DNA from: Caldisphaera sp.
GTDB lineage: Archaea; Thermoproteota; Thermoprotei_A; Sulfolobales; Acidilobaceae
NCBI GenBank assembly: GCA_049971805.1
Contig: JBMFKU010000035.1
Coordinates: forward strand, 1-11,742
Length of the DNA: 11,742 nucleotides
Reading direction: 5' to 3'
In this document: positions 6,860 to 11,742 of the stretch, in pieces
How positions within the stretch are numbered: the stretch's first letter is position 1
Layout: each line of letters begins with the position of its first letter
Program-made: the position numbers and the translations under genes
Notes under the pieces: generated by a model
Told to the model about the DNA's origin: nothing
Database searches by the model: none
What the model saw: the letters and a program-made list of their open reading frames with translations, nothing else

Positions 6860-8416
6860 ATGTTTAAACAGTCAAAATGGGATGAACCAATAATATATGA
6901 ATTAAGCAATGGAAGGGAAGGGCTTAGATTTGATAGTATAAACGATGAATTTAAAAAAATATTTAATGGAATTAGTATTCCTAATTCTATATTAAGAGAA
7001 AAAGATCCCAATTTGCCAGAGGTAAGCGAAGTAGAAGTGATAAGGCATTATACTAGGTTATCAGAAATGGCTTATGGAGTAGATAACGGACCCGTACCCT
7101 TAGGAAGCTGTACTATGAAATATAATCCGAAAATTGCTTTAAAATATGCAACAGATGAAAGGCTAAGTCTAATTCATCCTTTTCAACCTGAAGAAACCAT
7201 ACAAGGCCTATTGAAAGCTTTATATGAACTACAAAATTGGTTAGCATTGATAACAGGCATGGATATTTGCTCCTTACATCCAGCGGCTGGTGCTCAAGGA
7301 GAATTAAGTGGTGTTTTAATAATCAGAAAATATCATGAAATTAAAAACCAAATAGATATAAAAGATGAAATAATAATACCAGATTCGGCCCATGGAACAA
7401 ATCCAGCAAGCGCTGCTATGGCTGGTTTTAAGGCTATAGAAATACCAACCGATAGCGATGGTAATGTAGATTTTGATGCATTTAAAGCATCTTTAAATGA
7501 AAGAACAGCTGGACTCATGATAACTAATCCAAGTACTTTAGGCTTATTTGAAGAAAAAATTTTGGATATATCAAAATTAGTTCATGAAAAAGATGGACTG
7601 TTATATTATGATGGAGCAAATCTAAACGGCATATTGGGCAAAGCGAGACCTGGTGATATGGGATTTGACATAGCTCATCTTAATTTACATAAGACATTTT
7701 CATCTCCTCATGGTGGAGGGGGACCTGGATCTGGACCTATTTGCATAAAGGATAAAGAAATAACAGATAAAATAATGCTGCATGATCTAATGCCAGGACC
7801 AATAATATATTATGACAAAAACGATAATCTATATAAAATAAATTGGCCAGGAAGGTATAGTCCAGGACTATTAAAAGCATTTTTTGGTAATGTTCAGCAA
7901 TTGGTTTGGTCCTATGTATATATATTATCACTAGGTCCGCAAGGGTTAAAAGAGGCTGGGGAAATAGCAGTTTTAAATACCAATTATTTTATTAAGCTAA
8001 TGCAAGCATTTAAGGGATATTCTCTTCCATATGGAAATAGATTTAGAAAACACGAAGTTGTATTAAGTGCAGAGCCATTGCATCAAGATACTGGAGTTAC
8101 AGCAGAAGATATAAGTAAGGGCCTTTTAGATGCTGGTTTTTATGCTCCGACGATTTATTTCCCATTAATAGTTAAAGAGGCGTTAATGATAGAATTTACA
8201 GAAAGTGAAACCAAAGAAAATATAGAGGCATATGCGAAAAGGCTGGGCACAATAGAAGAAATGGCCAGAAAAGATCCTAACGAACCTAAAAAATGGCCAA
8301 TCAATACTACAGTGGGTAGAATAGATATGGTTAAAGCCAATCATCCAAAGAGTTTAACACCTACATGGAGGATAAAAATATTAAGAGAAAGAGGAGAAAG
8401 AGGTTCTTTACGTTAA
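6860..8416 (+). CDS. gcvPB: Glycine dehydrogenase (decarboxylating) subunit 2, PLP-binding
   Basis: Motifs LPEVSEVEVIRHYTRLS, PLGSCTMKYNP, PDSAHGTNPASA, TNPSTLGLFE, YYDGANLNG and the PLP-lysine motif HLNLHKTFSSPHGGGGPG. The GAGGTGA SD overlaps the gcvPA stop. Confidence 0.95.
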   Translation: MFKQSKWDEPIIYELSNGREGLRFDSINDEFKKIFNGISIPNSILREKDPNLPEVSEVEVIRHYTRLSEMAYGVDNGPVPLGSCTMKYNPKIALKYATDERLSLIHPFQPEETIQGLLKALYELQNWLALITGMDICSLHPAAGAQGELSGVLIIRKYHEIKNQIDIKDEIIIPDSAHGTNPASAAMAGFKAIEIPTDSDGNVDFDAFKASLNERTAGLMITNPSTLGLFEEKILDISKLVHEKDGLLYYDGANLNGILGKARPGDMGFDIAHLNLHKTFSSPHGGGGPGSGPICIKDKEITDKIMLHDLMPGPIIYYDKNDNLYKINWPGRYSPGLLKAFFGNVQQLVWSYVYILSLGPQGLKEAGEIAVLNTNYFIKLMQAFKGYSLPYGNRFRKHEVVLSAEPLHQDTGVTAEDISKGLLDAGFYAPTIYFPLIVKEALMIEFTESETKENIEAYAKRLGTIEEMARKDPNEPKKWPINTTVGRIDMVKANHPKSLTPTWRIKILRERGERGSLR

Positions 8417-8449
8417 ATTATATTGGGAAATTACAATAGGTATTTTAGT

Positions 8450-8471
8450 ATTTGATCTTCTTTCTATTTTT
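8450..8471 (+). terminator. Possible oligo-T (archaeal-type) terminator after gcvPB
   Basis: Pyrimidine/T-rich tract (TTTGATCTTCTTTCTATTTTT) about 35-55 nt after the stop codon. Weak evidence in an AT-rich genome. Confidence 0.25.
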
Positions 8472-8542
8472 ATCATTAACTTTATATTAAAGTGTTCTAG
8501 CTTTTAACTGCAGATAAATAAGAGTATCCTCTAGGGAAAAAG

Positions 8543-10948
8543 ATGTTCAAATCAGAAAAATATATATCAATATTTGGTCACTTTTATCAACCTCCAAGAT
8601 ACAATCCCTGGACTCTAAATATAGACCTAGATATATCAGCAAAACCATTTCACGATTGGAACGATAAGGTCACCTTTGAATCTTATCAAGCTAACGCATA
8701 TGCACGACTTAAAGATAATGAAGATTTTATAGAAAATATAATAAACAACTATGAAAAAATTTCATTTTCCTTTGGTCCATTGCTATTATCCTGGATAAAA
8801 GAAAATAAAAGATTTTTATATAATGCTATAATAGAGGCTGATAAAAAATCTGCCGAAAAATTTTCTGGTCATGGAAATGCAATAGCTCAACCTTATGCCC
8901 ATATAATAATGCCTTTAGCTAACAAAAAGGATAGAGAGGTTGACATTTATTGGGGTATAAAATATTTTGAAAAAAATTTTGAGAGATATCCAGAAGGATT
9001 TTGGCTTCCAGAAGCAGCTGTTGATAATTTAACACTTGAAATTCTGTCAGATTATGGAATAAAATTTGTATTATTGAGCCCTCATCAAGCAAAATCAATT
9101 AAATTAAACGATGAATGGATTAATGTAAATGAAAATAATTTAAACACAAGGATCCCTTATAAAGCTATATTGCCATCAGGTAAATCAATTGGTATAATAT
9201 TTTATAATAGGTTTCTCTCGGGACAAGTAGCATTTGGAGAGCTTTTAAAGAGTGGAGAATTTTTAGCTAGAAAACTACTTGAATCATTTGAAAATAAAAA
9301 TTACCCTCAATTAGTAAGCATAGCCACTGATGGAGAAACCTATGGCCATCATAAACCTAAAGGAGAAACAGAGCTTGCAAAGGCATTAACAACACTAGAA
9401 ACTAGCGGAGCCATTGTTACCAATTTGAGCTATTTTTATTCTAACAATCCTCCAACAACAGAAGTACAAATTAACGAAAACACTTCATGGAGCTGCCCTC
9501 ATGGAATAGAAAGATGGAGATCTAATTGCGGGTGCGCATCAGATATTAGACCCGGCTGGAACCAAGAATGGAGAACCCCATTAAGAAAAGCTATAGATTA
9601 CTTAAGAGATAATGTAGAGTCTACACTAAATAAATTAGGTCCAATTTATTCAAACGACATAAATAGTGCTATTTTAAACTATGAAAGAGTAATTTTCGAT
9701 AACAATCCGGAAAACGTTTCAGATTTTATAAATGAATTCTCTATAAAGGATTTCAAGGAATCAAATATAATTAATTTACTTAAGCTGATGGAATTAGAAA
9801 GAAACTCAATACTTATGCAATCAAGTGATGGATGGTTTTTTGAAGACATATATAGACCTGAGCCAATAGAAAATCTAAGATTTGCTAAAAGGGTATTACA
9901 ATTACTTCAAGAACTAGAAAATAAAGATTTGGAAGAAGATTTTTTAAATATCCTAAAAGATGCAAAATCCAATGATAATAGAATAGGCAACGGAAAAGAC
10001 ATTTATAATAGAGAAGTTCTATCGTCTGTGATGAATACAGAAAAAATTGGTTCAAGCTATGCTATGAGACTACTATTTGAAAATATAGCAAAAGAAAATG
10101 ATTATTATTCATATAGAATAATATTAGGTCCTTATAAATTGTTTGAATTAGGCAGAGCTAGAGTTTTAATAGGAATAAGCACAATAATTTCAAAAATAAC
10201 TTGGAGAAGTACGCCTGTCTTATTTATATCATTATACTATGGCTGGTATAATATATATGCTGGTACTAAAATATTAGTAGATCAAAGCATGTACATGGAA
10301 TTAGAAAAAAAGGTTGACGAATTATTTGGTAAGGGCATGCTACCAGATATAATCGATCTGATACACAAGGAGTTCTACCCTAACTATTACAACTTAAACA
10401 ATCTAATGAAAGATGATCAAAAATTCATAGTGAACAATATTTTAGAATCTGCAATAATAGAACTTTCTAGACATTATGATAACCTTTATAATAGCTACCT
10501 TCCTATAATGGAATACGTCAGGGCTCTAGGGCTTGATTATCCAAAGGTATTTGAACTATTACTTCAATATCAATTAGAAAAAATTCTAATAGAAATATTA
10601 GAAAATCAAGTTGTTGACTTCAACAGATTAGATTATATAATACAATGGGCTAAAAACCTAGAAGTAAAAATAGATTACCTTGTGACAAAACTGTTAACAG
10701 AAAAAATAGAAAATAACATAAAATATCTAATAAAGGATCCATTAAACATAAGCTATATTTATTCCTTAGAAAAATTACTTGATTCTTACTATCAATTGGG
10801 TAATCCTATAGATAATCTCTGGGAAGCTCAGAATCTCTTTATATATCTCAGAAATTCAATATTAAGATCATCTATGCCAAACATGGATAAAAGCATATTA
10901 GATCATTATAAATTAATATCAAGAAACCTAAAAATAAAATTTCCATAA
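8543..10948 (+). CDS. Glycoside hydrolase family 57 protein with DUF3536 domain
   Basis: GH57 conserved regions GHFYQPPR, ESY, PYAHIIMPL, GFWLPEAA (nucleophile Glu) and ATDGETYGHH (acid/base Asp), plus SWSCPHGIERW, WNQEWRTPLR and MQSSDGWFF. The ~800-aa length is typical of the DUF3536 subgroup. Confidence 0.85.
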   Translation: MFKSEKYISIFGHFYQPPRYNPWTLNIDLDISAKPFHDWNDKVTFESYQANAYARLKDNEDFIENIINNYEKISFSFGPLLLSWIKENKRFLYNAIIEADKKSAEKFSGHGNAIAQPYAHIIMPLANKKDREVDIYWGIKYFEKNFERYPEGFWLPEAAVDNLTLEILSDYGIKFVLLSPHQAKSIKLNDEWINVNENNLNTRIPYKAILPSGKSIGIIFYNRFLSGQVAFGELLKSGEFLARKLLESFENKNYPQLVSIATDGETYGHHKPKGETELAKALTTLETSGAIVTNLSYFYSNNPPTTEVQINENTSWSCPHGIERWRSNCGCASDIRPGWNQEWRTPLRKAIDYLRDNVESTLNKLGPIYSNDINSAILNYERVIFDNNPENVSDFINEFSIKDFKESNIINLLKLMELERNSILMQSSDGWFFEDIYRPEPIENLRFAKRVLQLLQELENKDLEEDFLNILKDAKSNDNRIGNGKDIYNREVLSSVMNTEKIGSSYAMRLLFENIAKENDYYSYRIILGPYKLFELGRARVLIGISTIISKITWRSTPVLFISLYYGWYNIYAGTKILVDQSMYMELEKKVDELFGKGMLPDIIDLIHKEFYPNYYNLNNLMKDDQKFIVNNILESAIIELSRHYDNLYNSYLPIMEYVRALGLDYPKVFELLLQYQLEKILIEILENQVVDFNRLDYIIQWAKNLEVKIDYLVTKLLTEKIENNIKYLIKDPLNISYIYSLEKLLDSYYQLGNPIDNLWEAQNLFIYLRNSILRSSMPNMDKSILDHYKLISRNLKIKFP

Positions 10949-10966
10949 AGTAAATAAGCTCTGTAT

Positions 10967-11509
10967 TTAATAAAGAACCTGCTTATTTATAAAACCTTTT
11001 AAGTCATTTATAATTCTCAAAGAAAGACCCCAAATTATAAGATTACCTGGCAGTAATATGCCATTTACATAACCTCTTATTGGGTGATAGACAAGTTTAG
11101 CATCGTTTATCAAATCTAGGTTAACCCAAATAGAATAATCAACTTCTGCATCTCTCGGTTTAGTTTCTATAGGTCCCTTGAGAACTCCGAGAACTGGTAA
11201 TACCTTAACAACAGGCTTTGAAACTGTTTCATGAATATCCATAAATCCTATAATCTTAACAAACTTTGGAAATACCCAGGCTTCTTCCCAAGCTTCTCTT
11301 AAAGCGGCATCTACAAAATTTTCGTTTTTCTTTTTATGACCTCCAGGAAAGGCTAAATCACATGAAAATCTACCAGAAACATTACAATTTTTTCTAACCA
11401 TTAATGTTTTTGGAGGATCACCAAATATTAATACTAATACAGCTGCATCTATTTTTTTATCATAATCTTCTTGATCATATCTTTGAATCTCATTTAAGTC
11501 TTTATTCAT
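10967..11509 (-). CDS. Nudix hydrolase, CoA pyrophosphatase (NudL/Pcd1)-like
   Basis: AAVLVLI, LAFPGG, Nudix box GGHKKKNENFVDAALREAWEEAWV and IWGLSLRII. I moved the start from the TTG at 11605 to the ATG at 11509, which is preceded by GTGTGAG; the extra 32 codons are low-complexity AT-rich promoter-like DNA. Confidence 0.8.
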   Translation of the reverse strand: MNKDLNEIQRYDQEDYDKKIDAAVLVLIFGDPPKTLMVRKNCNVSGRFSCDLAFPGGHKKKNENFVDAALREAWEEAWVFPKFVKIIGFMDIHETVSKPVVKVLPVLGVLKGPIETKPRDAEVDYSIWVNLDLINDAKLVYHPIRGYVNGILLPGNLIIWGLSLRIINDLKGFINKQVLY

Positions 11510-11614
11510 TAAACTCACACTTTTTTTTATATTCGGAAAAGCATATATTTTTTTATATTTTAGAATATAAAACCATAAGTAAAATTTTAAAAATAGTTTA
11601 TCCAATTTTCGCCA

Positions 11615-11742
11615 CTGACATCTCCCACCCTGAAGGGCGAGGGTTACCTATAGGAGCTACTCTGATTCCTCCCTATGTGGGAGTAAAGTTACAACTTCTC
11701 GCCCTTATTTGACCTGAGGGAGAAATCTCGCCCTCCTTTTTC
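11615..11742 (-). mobile_element. Right end of an IS200/IS605-family element (or derived non-autonomous element), truncated by the window edge
   Basis: Abrupt GC rise. The - strand reads GGTAACCCTCGCCC-TTCA-GGGTGGGAGATGTCAG: a subterminal hairpin (11624-11641) with G-T pairs valid only on the - strand, followed by a TCAG end. This is the arrangement typical of archaeal IS200/IS605 right ends. No tnpA or tnpB ORF is recognisable inside the window. Confidence 0.7.

Noticed and set aside
5401-8340. Short - strand ORFs (5401-5676, 6745-7011, 7333-7518, 7737-7931, 8155-8340)
   Set aside because: Antisense shadows of gcvPA/gcvPB.
11510-11605. 32-aa N-terminal extension of the Nudix ORF
   Set aside because: K/Y/F/I low-complexity translation of AT-rich promoter-like DNA; the ATG at 11509 has an SD-like element and gives a typical length.
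11404-11712. 102-aa + strand ORF
   Set aside because: Runs across the antisense Nudix gene, its promoter and the IS end; chimeric, with no coherent protein features.
1-11742. Composite transposon carrying the whole block; CRISPR array, tRNA or rRNA
   Set aside because: Both ends are inward-facing right ends of apparently different families and the cargo is chromosomal housekeeping genes. I saw no regularly spaced repeats or cloverleaf/rRNA-like GC-rich segments.

Overview
AT-rich archaeal chromosome segment. GGTGA-type ribosome-binding sites, TTG starts and gene content point to a low-GC thermoacidophilic crenarchaeote, Caldisphaera-like by inference. Nine intact CDSs: A/V-type ATP synthase subunits H-like and C (+); a translationally coupled pair of radical SAM genes (-), one cobalamin-dependent and one SPASM-type, which best fit the tetraether-lipid GMGT methylase/GMGT synthase pair (gmm-gms); a small conserved crenarchaeal protein; glycine decarboxylase gcvPA-gcvPB; a GH57/DUF3536 glycoside hydrolase; and a Nudix CoA-pyrophosphatase-like gene (-). 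The ORF track misses three things. (i) Positions 1-77 look like the right end of an IS607-like tnpB element, with an RNA-type stem (probable omegaRNA). (ii) That element appears inserted at a GG into a uracil phosphoribosyltransferase (upp) gene, whose 5' part survives as a doubly frameshifted pseudogene at 76-254 (-). (iii) Positions 11615-11742 look like the right end or omegaRNA of an IS200/IS605-type element on the - strand, just upstream of the Nudix gene. All family assignments come from motif recognition by eye; no searches were run.
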